The notes beneath the pieces were generated by a model that saw only the letters and a program-made list of their open reading frames with translations, ran no database searches and was not told where the DNA came from. A DNA stretch of 63,378 nucleotides, counting the filler, from Sphacelaria rigidula (lineage: Eukaryota), in the NCBI GenBank assembly GCA_964200075.2. It is 9 parts of 9 records of this genome, joined end to end, with 100 filler letters (N's around TTAATTAATTAA, not from the genome) between each part and the next. Parts side by side here need not be neighbours in the genome. Positions count along the whole stretch, not along the records: positions 49,373 to 56,325 come from CAXNAA020017236.1; positions 56,426 to 63,378 come from CAXNAA020017237.1; 7 more parts are not named here. The stretch is one strand, 5' to 3'. Each line of letters starts with the position of its first letter. The first letter of the stretch is position 1. Below are positions 50,839-63,378 of this stretch, in pieces. The translations under genes were made by a program, and so were the position numbers.

Positions 50839-53800
50839 TGTGCACTTGCGATGCGTTTGATGTGGCCGTGGCGCGCTTCCTCGCAGTGCACCGTGTTATA
50901 GCGGAGCAAGGCAATTGTCACGAGAGATCTTTATGGGTTGAGCAGACGACGGACCTGAGTGGGGCGCTGCATCGCCGTGCTTTACATTCTTTTTTCAGAT
51001 TTCACCCGCCTGTGTACCGCTCTATCTGAGCCTTCTCTCTCTGAAACTCAGCTCTAAGCCCCAGCTATAGAGTTTACAATATAGAGCCGTGGAGTTGTTT
51101 TTGCTGGCCTGAATACTGGCTGCAGTAGTGGTTCCGGGCCGTTCCTGTTTGTCCTTTGTACCATACCGTACTTATTCCTACCAGGCTGGTTGACTACATG
51201 CCCGAGAATTCACGTATGAGATGTAGGTCCAATACATAACCTGCACACTCTCCCATGATCGTTTAGCGGTAACACCAGAGAGCTGATACGATCACACCCG
51301 ACGTGTAGACACGAGACAATTAAATCTTTTCATCGAATGCCATTAAAGTCACGCGGTGGACTTGGACCCTCCGGACTATTCCCGACTTCCGACGCCTTTT
51401 GCGTTTTGACATCCTTCGTGGAGAAGGGCGACTTGAACATTTGTTGGCTTTGTGCGACGGTTTCCATTGGTGGCATGCATCCCGCGCCTTTCGGTGGTCC
51501 CCCCACCGCCTTCGTCGCTTCCTTTGACGCGGGCTGTTCCTCCGCTTCTTTGTCGAGGCTAGAATCGTCCGCGCTCAGCACGCATTTATTCTCGAGCGTT
51601 GCCCCTTCGTTATCGCCCAGCGTCTCTAGTGCTTCGGTGATTCGGCCCTGTTCATTATCATCTCCGCTCCAGGGGGCTTGAATCTCCAGTCCGAGCTGCT
51701 GCTCCTTTCGTGTCTGGGGTGCCTCGATTTTCCGGCCTTCGGAACGCTCATCCGCACTTGGAGTTGCATGATATGCAGGCGCCGCCGGTGGCACCCGTGG
51801 TACCAGCGATTCACCGGCCTCTCGGCTCTGAGCCTCGCTGCCTTTCCGTTGGGTTTCCTCTTCCATGGTCACTTTCCACCTGTCGGCATCAGGTCCTGCC
51901 AGGGCTTCTTTCGCTGTCGACGGTTCCTGTGGTCCAGTGACGATTCCACCACCGAGCAACAAACTGCGCCCTTGTCCTGATCTTGTAGGAGACCGGCGAC
52001 CAAGTTCCCGTAATCGGAACTGCTCTCGTCGGAAGTCCTTGAGCCTTGGTGTGCGTTGTCCCCCCGATGCCGTTGCGCCAGCCGACTGGACCTGCGCAGT
52101 CCCCTGTCCGAGGAAGAGCGCTTCGATGATGTTGGGTCTTGTGGTGGTTGCCCACCCGGGCCATCATCGCCGTCGATTGGTGCTGCTTTCTCTTTTTCCG
52201 ATGGTTCGTCCTCGTCGTCACTGAGTTCGACAGCCTTCAGCGTCCCCACGATGTTAGGATCTTGGCCTCTGACTCGAACGTGATGAAGTAAGGGCTTAAC
52301 GAGCTGTGATTCCTGTATAAGCCATACATACCAGCAGAGAGAGAGTTGATCGTGCCCCACCAAGATGCCTCGCTTCGCATATGGGTGGAGGTTGGCAGCG
52401 GCGCAGCGCTGCTGCTTGTGCTGATGCACGAAACACTCGGATCCCCAAGTAGGAAGCCGATTGAGTTGACAAGCTTCCCTGTCAGCCGCTCACATGGGGT
52501 CTCGCCCCCGAGGTACTCGTGTAGCATCCCTGCGGTCTTGAATGCCGCGTCCGCCACAGCGAAGAGCCAGTAGTCCTCTCCGCGTCCCGCTTTCACCAGT
52601 TGGCTGCGTGCTATCCCCATCAGTTGTTGAATTGCACGTTCAGAATTTCCGTCACCTTGCGGTGTCCTGGGGGGCGAGCAGCGCCACTTGATGCTGCCTG
52701 CGATTGGCCGGTATGCGTTGAAATTTGACTGGCCGTCCAAGTTCCTCAGCGCCGTCTCCGCTGATGCTCGTGATGGCCACTCCCTCGAGGGTCATTTCGT
52801 CAATGTAGGTTCCCGTGGCGCCAGTGACAGCATCTCGTGTTTTGAGTCCAACAACGTGCGTGTCTCGACTGGCCTCGTCCACGAAAACCTGAAAGTATGT
52901 CATGCGCGTGACATCGGCTTGGAAAGGCACTTCTAGGTCAGTGCGCACAACTTCACCTGGTGCTTTGGGTCTCGTGCCGCCGCGACCGTAGCTGAGCGCC
53001 TCGGACTTACATCCCTTGCAAACGCTGCAGCGCATCTCGGACGCCACCGTGGTATTATTGACATCTATCAGCAGACGCTTTTCGAGGTGTTGTATGGCAG
53101 CCGGATCGATGTGTCCTGTGGTGTCGTGCCACTCATTCAGTGTGAGGCGCTGCTCCTTGTTTTGGGAACGAAGCGTGCGCCGACGCCGCATGTCTGCCTT
53201 TCCCCTGCAGCGATGCAAACAGGGTCAAAACCCCTCTTATTTCGGCTAGGGGGACCTTAGTCCATCCTTTCTCAACCGAAGGTAGCTTTCCTTCCTGCCG
53301 GAGTCCACGAATTCTCCTCCGTCACGCCGAATCGTTCCGGTAATCAGCAGCTAGCAAGGTAATCCAGGGACCCAAAGTACGTCCTCCAATGTGACTTTTG
53401 CCGGGGCCTTCCTTCGCCGAGCACTCGCGTGTAACGGGATCACTCCCATTGCCAGCGCCTGCAGCTGCCCATTGTTCCCAAATGTAGAGCTTCGATTAAC
53501 CGTACGCGCGTTCCTGAGATCCTGTTTCCTGGCAGTCATGTGGACATTCGCTCGCGAGTCGCAGATAATTGATACCCCTGTGTGACTGTTGATCGACGTG
53601 CCCATGGATACTACTCGCTCATGTTCGACTACCACGTTCATCGACATGAATGCCCTCGGTCTGTCCCTCCTCTCATTACTTCTGTAGCTTTGTGGAGGAG
53701 GTGGGAACGTTCGTGCGAGGCTTGTCCCGGACGGTCGTTTAGCCAGAAGTTTGCCGTTTATGGTAGGAGCGACACCCCCGTCACCTATGACTTCGCTTTA

Positions 53801-54922
53801 AAGAGTAGGCGCATTGATTGCTCTCGAGCCCCGAGTCGGTTTTGTTGCCGTCGGTTCTCGAGTGGAACGCTGCTGCCTCGTCGCGGCGATCCATGCCAAA
53901 CGTCAGGTATGTTAATGACGCTACGACTACCCGTTTTAGCTCATCGTACGCCATACCTGGCTGGGTTGTTAGCTGGATGAATACTTGTGGAAGCGCCTCC
54001 TTGATCCCGAGTAGAAGGGCTGCCCTCTTAGTCTCTTTGGCTTTGGCGTTTCCAAGTGCGTCGAATCCCCCCCATATGGTGTATGTAAAACCATAAAATC
54101 TTACGGTTCTTCAGCAGAATTGTATCGGAGATCCCGCTGTCTTCGTTCGAATGCAAGTAGTTGCATGGGCTGCTTACCCTGTGCACGTCCTCCGTAGATC
54201 CGTTCCATCTCCAGCCAGGCTTCCCTGCCGTCGGGGTTGCCGCTGTGCTCGCATCGTGCGACGATGGCTGCCGCTGACCCTCTCGTAGCCTGTTCCAGGA
54301 GAACCACAAGGAATGCGTGTTGCATTGGTGCGTTTCGTACGCCCTACGCTGGTAGGGTGTTGTGGTAGCTGTCGGAACGACCGGTTAAATTTACTCCGGT
54401 CGCAGCAGGGGGTATGGTCCCTTACCACCTGCGTATCCAGTGATGGACAATATCCACGCGTCCCATGTTTTTCGCGAGTGCCCACGAGCGCCCGTATGGA
54501 CTGGCAACTTGCGTGGCTCACGAACCTCTGCACTTGTAAGGTGTTTGATGTGGCCGTGGCGCGCTTCCCTGCAGTGCACCGTTTCATAGTGAAGAAAGGC
54601 AATTGTCACGAGAGATCTTGATGGGTTAAGCAGACGACAGACCCGAGTGGGGCGCTGCATCGCCGTGCTCTACATTATTTTTTCAGATTTCACCCGCATG
54701 TGTACAGCTCTGTGTACACTTTCTCTCTTGGAAACTCAGCCCTGGGTCCCAATTATAGAGCCATGGAGCCGTTTTGGCTCGGCTGAATACTGGCTACAGG
54801 GTTGGTTCCCGGACCGTTCCTGTTGGTACTGTGTACTGAACCGTACTTATTCCTTCAAGGCTGGTTGACTATATGCCCGAGAATTTGAGTATGGAATCTA
54901 CGTCGAATGCATAATCTGCACA
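50839..54922 (-). mobile_element. Ty1/copia LTR retrotransposon, degraded and lacking RT/RNaseH
   Basis: LTRs 50839-51247 and 54527-54922, flanks GGCTA/AGCTA, PBS-like GGTTCGTGAGCC and PPT GGGAGAG. Gag DGREAWLEMERIYG, protease IICDSRANVHMT, WH...GH...C..C finger, integrase RTDL..PF/FVDEASR/TPQGDGNSER, then EPSTAKEAL....RW...MEEE with no RT core after it. Confidence 0.95.
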
Positions 54923-55485
54923 AGCTACATCAACGTCTACGTGTCCACCCGTAGTTCGTATCTAATGGAGTAAAATGTCCCTGGTTTTTCTTGGAGCAGG
55001 CATCTGACAACGGGTTCGAAAGATCGGTCTCATTTGCGGAAATAGGAATGATAATGCAATGCGTGAAGAGCTTTATCTAGGGGTGACATACCCTGCGCAA
55101 TGTGTGCACTATTGTGCGTTGAGTTGTGCTGTTGGTGTGCTATGTGTATTGGTGCATCAAATCCTCATTTTGCGACCGCATGGACACCAGTTTTTGTTTA
55201 GATTTTCGCGACATTTTGTTTTGGTCACGTTTTGTATCGAAAATAAGGTGGGAGGAAGCTCTTTTGAAAAAGATCACCGGCATCATCATCCGTCGTCACC
55301 CATCATCATCCAGTGGTAGCATTTCAATTTTTTTTTTGCATCGAAAAACGAATGCTACGCAGCATATACAAACGGTAGATGCGCTACTGTCGCATCAATT
55401 GAAGGACTTTTTTGAGCTTTCAATTGGAAAAACAAGATGTGTTAGCATCCGGCCGGTCGATGTGTCTTCTGTTCGTCTCCCTCAA

Positions 55486-55650
55486 TTAGCGAGGTCGTCT
55501 CTTGCTGTCTTCTGCCTCATGCTCCTGCTGTGATGGTAGTAGCGCTTGATCCATCGCCACTACTTGCTGATGCCGAAACTCCCATTTGTCAAGTAGAACC
55601 CCTGCAATTATATTCCAATTTGAGTGACTGATTGGTCCACCTAAAAATAC
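55486..55650 (-). CDS. Possible terminal exon of an unknown gene
   Basis: A pyrimidine-rich stretch and cag precede VFLGGPISHSNWNIIAGVLLDKWEFRHQQ...RRPR*; no family recognised. Confidence 0.3.
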   Translation of the reverse strand, partial: VFLGGPISHSNWNIIAGVLLDKWEFRHQQVVAMDQALLPSQQEHEAEDSKRRPR

Positions 55651-56425
55651 CTGATTCGCTGCGAAACCAGCGGTCGTCATAAGATAGACATACGGTACCC
55701 AGGGAAAGTAAACCGAACACGTCCGAAAGAGAAATGGGGGAAAAGGGAGAAAAACGATGGAGTGAAGAGAGGGCGAACAGAGCAAACTATTGGAAAAATT
55801 AATGTGAAGTATACAAGAGAAGAACAAGGAAGAATGACGAAATGATACTCCAGGTTAAGATGTACTGTAGTGCCGGTACCGAGACTCGCCCCACAGCCAA
55901 GTGGGGCTTCCGGTGAGGAAGCCGTTCAAACAGCAAGGCCGTGGAAACAGGTTGTATTTTATTTCAGCAGTCTTTAGCCCGCACAATTTCGGCAGGAGCT
56001 ATTATTCGTCGGCCCTGCGAGAGCGAGGCATTCAGGCGTAACATGCTTCGGGGAGATGAAACAAAGATGAGGGCCCCGCGGAAGACAAGAAGAAAAAAAG
56101 TTGAAGTGAGAACGAGATAGAATTGTGTCTCCAGCTGTATTTTCGTAACATGCGCTGCGAGTAGCACGGTCTGTCCAACCAGCAAAAGATGGGCATACCC
56201 TTCCATGCATGCACGGTGAAATCGAGCGGAAGTTCCAACAGTTACATCGGTAGCCCTCCCCCCACTATGGCATGCATAATCATGAATACCCACCACCCAC
56301 CCCCCCCCCAAACGGTAACAACCGANNNNNNNNNNNNNNNNNNNNNNNNNNNNNNNNNNNNNNNNNNNNTTAATTAATTAANNNNNNNNNNNNNNNNNNN
56401 NNNNNNNNNNNNNNNNNNNNNNNNN

Positions 56426-56432
56426 ATTATTA

Positions 56433-56476
<44 letters not shown>

Positions 56477-56729
56477 ATTATCATCATTACTATTATTATT
56501 ATTCTTATTACTGTTACTACTATTATTACGATTATTATCATTTTTATTATTATTATCATTATAATTATCATTATCATTATCATTATCATCATTATCATTA
56601 TCATTATTATCATTATTATCATTATTATTATTATCATTATTATTAGTATTAGTATTGGTATTAGTATTAGTATTAGTATTAGTATCGGTATTAGTATTAG
56701 TATCATCATTATTATTATTATCATTATTA

Positions 56730-56790
<61 letters not shown>
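56426..56790. repeat. (ATT)n/(ATC)n/(ATTAGT)n compound microsatellite
   Basis: Directly visible; abuts TTCCGCACATTAG. Confidence 0.98.
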
Positions 56791-56791
<1 letters not shown>

Positions 56792-57789
56792 TCCGCACAT
56801 TAGTCCGATCTCGCGAACCCGTGGTTACATATGTCGGGTAAAGTCAACGACGAACAACCCCCCCAAGTCGCGATTGGATCCGTTATTGCCGCAGCACCGT
56901 CCTTGCTGGCATGTGTGTGACAGAGAGCAGTAGCGGTGACGGGAACATCGACCTGTTTTTCAACGACGAGTTCCGCAGCGCACAGAGGCGCGTCCTGTCC
57001 AAAAAAGAGGCAGAGAGAAATCGATGTTTTCATTAGTAAGCCCCACAGACAAGAACAGACGACACCCCTCGGTACCTTGATGTTCTTTGGGGGCTGTGCA
57101 GCAATAACCTGTCTACACGTGGAAAATTGACACCTACTCGTAACATACATGATGCCAGTCCCTCGAGCGATTGGGAATCGCCGAGCGAGCACTCACAAAA
57201 GACACGGTCGAGGAGCTTCCCCGCTGCCGTTACGTTCATGGTGGTATCGTCATCTACACGCGTGTACACCGCGTTCGTTCGGTGCACCTGGCCATCAGTA
57301 CTTGAATGCTTCAGATTTGGCGGAGGGGGGGGATGGTTTCCCTTGGTGTGACTGTTTCGCGCCATTCCCGCAAGAACGTTCTGCCGTTTGAACCCCATTT
57401 TAGTGCTTGACCCCAAAATTTAGAATCGGCTGTTTTACGGTCCATACCTCGGCAAGGCTGGAATACCCGCGATTCATTAACAGCCGATCCTCGAAAATGG
57501 AGTCCAACACTATAATGACGTTTAGCTCACACTCGAAAAATCGAGAGTTTATACCAAAGGGTATCATCACGGGAAAGCATTTGCGCAACCAAAGTTACGG
57601 TCGCAGTTACACCGGTGTGGTCAGGTGCACCAAATGATTGCGGGGCACACGCATGTCGAAGACGAGATCACCAGAAGAGCAACGGCAGAGACGACGCTCC
57701 TCGCGGGTATATATTGTGTGTCCTCATACTGCGATTCCCAATCGCTGCGGAGATTGGCACAATGTTACAGTACCAGCACACACCCAGGA

Positions 57790-59320
57790 ATTCATGTGTC
57801 GGCAGGCGGATGATTGTTGCACAGCGGCGGAAACAAGATTCGGGGATGCCCCGGTTGGTGTCCCCTGTCTGTGGAGCTGACCAATACAAATATCGACCCC
57901 TTTCGGCTTCTCTGCTTGGACAGGGAGTGCCTCTGTGCGCAGGAGAACACGGCGCCGAATAGCTGGGTGATGTTCTCGTCACCGCTACTGTTCTCTCACA
58001 CACACATGCGTTCAAGGATGGTTGCGCCCTTGCGGCGAGATCTAATAATCGGAACGTGGGGGTGGTATTGTAGTCGTTCATTTCATCCCACGTCTGCAAA
58101 ACAAGGACAACTGTCTGCCACATCCCAGTTGAGGGGATGGGTGTATGAGAGATCAAACACACGGGTAGGCCTTGTTGGTATGCGGAGTGAATAAAAAGAA
58201 ATTTGTTCAAGGTCTGACGTCCGAGGATGCACTCGAATGACTTCACCAGACGTTTATGACATTTGCACAGTGCGATCAGTATAGAACCGAACTGAAGTGG
58301 ACCCGTTCATCTTCGAAATTGAAATTCTCTCCTAGAAAGTGCTTTGCGATTGGAGAGAGATGAGTGTCATTCGAAGAAAACCCTCGGGGTACGGGAATGT
58401 TTCTTGGAGGTTGCGAAATCTGTAGCATCGTTTTTGATACCCGGCGGGAGGGGGGGGGGGGGCGGATTCTGGGAGCTTGTGAGAGCCGTTTCGATCGAAC
58501 GGATAAAGATTCTAATATTACTACCCTTCTCCCTTACAAGGCTTGTTCTATCGAACTTCTACAGGCAGGCCGTATACGCAGCAACGAAATTTCAGTGATC
58601 CTCCGGGCTGCACCTACTGCCTACTACTGTCGTTGCTTGAAAGCTGTTCTCAGGCAAGAGCTTCCTGGTCAGCGCTTAACGGCGCGGGTCACGAATGTAA
58701 TGGCAGGTGGTTAATCATAGGACACCCCTGTTCCTAACCAAATCTCGCGTCGGCTTAGGGTGACTTTCCTCACATTACAATTTTTTGCAACAGACGCCCC
58801 CCCCCGACACACAAACCATACACGCATCGGTTGACAGCAGAGAAGCTCAATCACAGGAAGTCAGCCCCCATTTCGGTCACGCCAGCAAGAGGCAAGTCAC
58901 CCGGACAGAGTATTTTTTTACCTCTGCATACCAACAAGGCCTACCCATGTGTTTGATCTCTCATACACCCATCCCCTCAACTGGGATGTGGCTGACAGCT
59001 GTCCTTGTTTTGCAGACGTGGGATGAAATGAACGACTACAACACCACCCCCACGTTCCGATGATTTGGGCTTGCGGCAAGGGCACAACCATCCTTGAACG
59101 CATATGTGTGTGGGAGAACAGTAGCGGTGACGGGAACATCAACCTGCTATTCGATGTCGTGTTCTCGTGCGCACAGAGGCACTCTCTGTCCAAGCAGAGA
59201 GGCAAGAGGGATCGATATTTGTATTGGTCAGCTCCACAGGCAGGAGACGACAACCGGGGCATGCCGCGATCTTGTTTCCGCCGCTGTGCAACAATCATCC
59301 GCCTGCTGAGACATGAATAC
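57790..59320. repeat. ~400-bp inverted repeat pair (57790-58190 and 58915-59320); a more diverged third copy at ~56895-57110
   Basis: 58141-58190 reverse-complements to 58921-58970. All three copies share CAGTAGCGGTGACG(G/A)GAACATC. Confidence 0.9.
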
Positions 59321-61059
59321 CTAGGAGTACTAGAACACATTTTCGAGGATTGGCCCTTAATTCGTGAAATTTGATCATTGAACTTACACGGTCCCATTCT
59401 GGAACCAAATGAAATTGCAAGAACATTTAAATCGCGAAATGTCGATCACGTGCACGTGGGAAAATGTCCAAGATATTCACGCGTAAGCCTTGCCGATAAG
59501 AAGTATTGGTCAAGTGTGGTAGAATAAGACTACAGCAATCGCCCCTACCTTCGCCAGGCCGTCGTAATGTCCGGAAGGCTACATCTGGCACTGTGTGAAG
59601 GGAGATGTTTCCCCCTTCCCGAATAGCGTCACAGTAGTAGTACTTCGTAGGAGACACTGCTCTGTTCGCCCAGGCTATACGACCGCGTCTTGGGCAAGAT
59701 GGCTTTCAAAACCCAAGGTCATCTGCCTCTAACGCGTGAAAAATCTGGACTGCTGGCTGCTTTTTCACCGGTGTAATGAATAGCCGATCATCCATTTTGA
59801 TGATGCAGATTGTTTGTGAGGATGGTAACCCAGAAAATTTCATGTCTCCGTATCCACACCAATTTTTCGAAATATGATTCAACTCCTTGATCTGGTAGCT
59901 ATAGACAGCTACTACACGACATAACCATTTAAATTTCGATTCCCGAAATTTGGGGATCGTAGGTGAAAAGGTCAGACGTTACGACTATATTTTCCTACAT
60001 AGGACTCCCGAATGTGGTAATCGAAATCTATGATATCATAGCGTGTAATAGTTGTCAATAGCTACCAGTGACCAGCACCACCCCAGCTGAAGCCCCAATT
60101 GTCGAGTGAATAAGACTGTCACCGTAGCTGCTAGAGGTAGAGAGAATGAAAACAACCTAGCACCAAGTACACTCTCTTTATCTTCTCGACACAGTTGTTG
60201 TATTTGCGGGAGACGGTTGCTTTCTACCAAATATGCACGGGTAAGAAATGATCACAGTGAGGGGGTATGGTACACTCAGGAGAGGACTTACTTATTCTCC
60301 TTCTTCCTGACGCTCAGTCATCGAAGACGAAGACAGTTGACGATGCAGTGGAGGATCAGACGCAGAAATGGTGTTTCACTAACCTCTACTGTACTGTAGA
60401 ATCGAAGGCCAGATGCGAGTGTGAGATGGAAGGGTTTGGTGCGGCAGACCTGACAAATCGACCCGGAACGTGTCCTCATTCAAGTCATAACTAATCTACG
60501 ATCCGACTTCAACCGCCAATTACGCACACATATGTCATATCGTTCAACGCTTATAATCCACGTCATCCAACAAGATAGCGGCAAGCGAGGGCACACATGT
60601 GGCTCAAACACTCGCCCAGGATACACAATTCTAGTACCCGCCGGTGTGTACCCAGAGATCAGTAAATCAGCAACTACTACAAATGTCTATCACATAACAC
60701 CAGCATGCGAAGAAATCAAACCATATCGAGAAGAATTAGTGTGGATACGAGGTTTTATTTCTGGCAACCATCCTCAAAGAAAAGTTCCATCCTCGAAATT
60801 GATGGTCGGTTATTAATGCGTGGGCGGGCCGCGTGCTTCTTGGACCGCATTAGAGCTCAAATTACTCGGGGACCGACGTTTTTCAACACCGCTCGGGGCA
60901 ATCCCTGCAGGGATCGTGCCCTTGACCCTAGCCCCAACACAGGTCTTGACCATAGGGGTGTTTAGACTGCGGTGGGGTCCAACAAAGCACGTGCTCCGCG
61001 CAGGCATTACGGATGCTCACTCATCAGATCTTGGCGAAGCCCTACTGTTCTCAAACCGA

Positions 61060-62410
61060 AAGGCATGCGAGTAATAATGTCTGACATAGGCAGACGTGAG
61101 CGACTCACACAGCTCAGGCAGGGTAGAATTGTCGACGCACTATTATATGTGCATTGCCTGAGATCGTTGCCGACGTACTCTCGAGCTCCGCCGAGGAGCT
61201 GGTACCCCGTCTGACCGGCAAGACACGTATACCGGGGTGTTTCGAGGATGCCGCAATCCAGACAAATTTTGAACTGGTGTAAAATGAGAGGGAAAGGACG
61301 GTTGGTGGTGCCAACAGGACCGAGAGGTAACCCATATGGCGCACCAGCAAGCAGCATGCAAGGAGCCTCAGGGAGGTGATCCGAGCCGGGGTGGAACACT
61401 ACCTGAATGTGTAGGCAAAACACCTGTGGAACTATATCAGAAGCAGGCACATGAGAGGGCAGTACAGATATATGAGGAACGGTGAAGACTGGTGGGAAGA
61501 ACACTAGAAAGCGAGCGGTACATCAAGGACGAAGGCGGGAACTGACTACGGGATAAATATATCCTTTATATGCGATGTACAAACGGTACTTATGTGACGG
61601 TGGAGATTGGCATGACAAAAGATGGAGAGCGAGCCGCGTATCATGGACGAGCGCGGGATCCTACTGTGGAACAAGGGTCCAATTTTTGGGAGAAGGGAAC
61701 GGTACTTTTCTGCCTTGCTGAATGCCATGTCGATAACTGTCAATCCTGCCGCCACCACAATCAAGCGCAGCGATCAACAGCCTTGTCAGTTGGAGATCCG
61801 TTAAGCCTAAGTGAGCGTGAGGAAGACCTGAGAGGTGGTGCTAATTGCTATTGTGGCAAAGCGATGGGCTTGGATAGACTGTATGGTGAAGTCCTCAAGC
61901 GGGGTTGATCTGGGTACCTTCCGAGATCCTGTACCACCTTTACCATCATCGCTACTGTCTGGACATCTAGAGGTATGCTGCGGAAGTGTGGGCTCGCGGA
62001 ATCAAAGGGCAACACAAAGCCCATGCGCTTCTGCTTAGTACCCATTTCCGCTGAGAGTGCACTTAGCATCAGGACGGCAGGCACCCGGTATGAGCAGACG
62101 GCCGAGTTCGTCTTCCTCGGTGGTACTGTCGGCGTAGATACGAGTATCCACTAAACCTAACCATCCTATCAGCGCTGCGGGCAGGAGTCCGGAAGTGTAG
62201 TTCTGAGCAACCTACGATCGACCCAACGCCCAGCTATGTCTGAAAGTCCCGGGGCTTGAGGCAGGGGTGGTGGAAGCTATGTTGAACAGGCATGCTAGAT
62301 GGACAACGCGAGTAAATCAATGGTCTGCGCATTGCCTACCACAAGCTTTGGCTGCAAGTGGTCAGATTCCGATGGGCAAGAGCGAACCGGCTGCAAGGCA
62401 TTTCTAAAGA
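61060..62410 (+). mobile_element. Highly degraded RTE-type LINE
   Basis: Fragments YIKDEGGN*LRDK, TAGTRYEQTAEFVFLGG, YDRPNAQLCLKV..LEAGVVEAML and LRIAYHKL appear in the order expected for RTE, with many deletions. Confidence 0.75.
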
Positions 62411-62431
62411 GAGAAGTACTAGGGATGAACA

Positions 62432-63305
62432 CACACGTGAACAAATAGCACCCTGTAGGACGAGCTGCACAGGGTTCTCCACAGTCTTTGTGAGAACTCC
62501 TGTGTAGTATTTGCAAACCCTAGTACCTGTAGTAGCATTTTGCATAGCGTTTTTGTCGTAACCCTGCAAACAACCCTGTGGAGAGGCCTTCCCAATTTGG
62601 AAAATCCCAAATTATGTTGGTAGAAAATCTGAAAAAAATATTTTTTGGAGTAGCTTCTCCTCCTGTCCGAGATATATTCCTGTTTGCCCGATTTGAATCG
62701 GGCAAAGGAATGTATCTCGGACAGCAGAAGAAGCTATTCAAAACAAATCCTTTTTTCGCCCGATTTATTTGACCAAAAAAAGGATATAGTTCGATCAGCA
62801 GAAGAAGCTGTTCGATATAGATCATTTTTTCCCCCAATATAAATGGGCGAAGAAAGGATCTATTTCGAATAGCTTCTTCTGCTGCGCAAATCCCATGCAC
62901 ACTCGCAGATTTGGAATTTGAACAGCAGAAGAAGCTCGAAATAAATATTCACTTTGCCCTCCATTTCATCCGGAGATTGGGGGATAAAATATTTATTGCG
63001 AACAGCGTCAGCTGGGCATATCCCGCATACTGCACCGTTATCAGCATATGGGATCCGACAAGCAGAAAAAATCGTTGAAAATAATTAATCCTTTTGCCCC
63101 CCGATCCATGCACATGGGCTAAATGATTAATCATTTTTAACAGCTTTTGCTGGATGGAGATCCGACACACTGTTTACGATCGAGTGTATGTCCACACGCC
63201 TACGAGTTTAGCTACTAAGCTTCCGCTCAAGACGTGAATACTGGGATGGTGGGTGTATACCTCGCATATGACCTCACATTGCTTTTGAAAACCCCGTGGT
63301 CCACA
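62432..63305. mobile_element. Second, partial copy of the 29330-30614 element
   Basis: Begins CACACGTGAACAAATAGCACCCTGTAGG and stays colinear with ~29330-30205, including the CAGCAGAAGAAGCT repeats. Confidence 0.92.
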
Positions 63306-63378
63306 GTGTAATGCGTGAGAGGACCGCTTGCTTAGCGGGCCGCGCCGTAGTTCAAAACACCTCAGGATCGACGTTTTT

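Noticed and set aside
56374..56933. Poly-Asn, poly-Ile and poly-Leu ORFs
   Set aside because: They are translations of the (ATT)n microsatellite.

Overview
This is not one locus. It is nine unrelated ~6.95-kb contigs (1-6954, 7055-14007, 14108-21060, 21161-28113, 28214-35166, 35267-42219, 42320-49272, 49373-56325, 56426-63378) joined by artificial 100-nt N44-TTAATTAATTAA-N44 spacers, so no synteny can be read across spacers. The DNA is eukaryotic (GT-AG introns, LINEs, LTR retrotransposons, MITEs). Short exons in long introns, ~50% GC, long G/C runs and the retroelement protein styles suggest a brown alga (inference). Host genes: the last four exons of a type II glutamine synthetase and one EF-hand exon. 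Most of the rest is decayed or nested transposable elements: a Ty1/copia lacking RT, three Ty3/gypsy relics (one a chromovirus), RTE and other LINEs, Tc1/mariner-, hAT- and CACAC-ended non-autonomous elements, and large palindromes. Best leads: (1) an AcademX-like XPG-tail/Cys-cluster ORF next to a TIR whose relative has a TA target duplication; (2) a LINE whose 3' end is followed by a C-run in 4 of 4 copies; (3) a TAATGTG motif just before three different microsatellite tails; (4) a spliced PHD-finger pseudogene inside the GS intron. No prokaryotic system, CRISPR array, rRNA or tRNA was seen. All family calls come from motif recognition by eye, not from searches.
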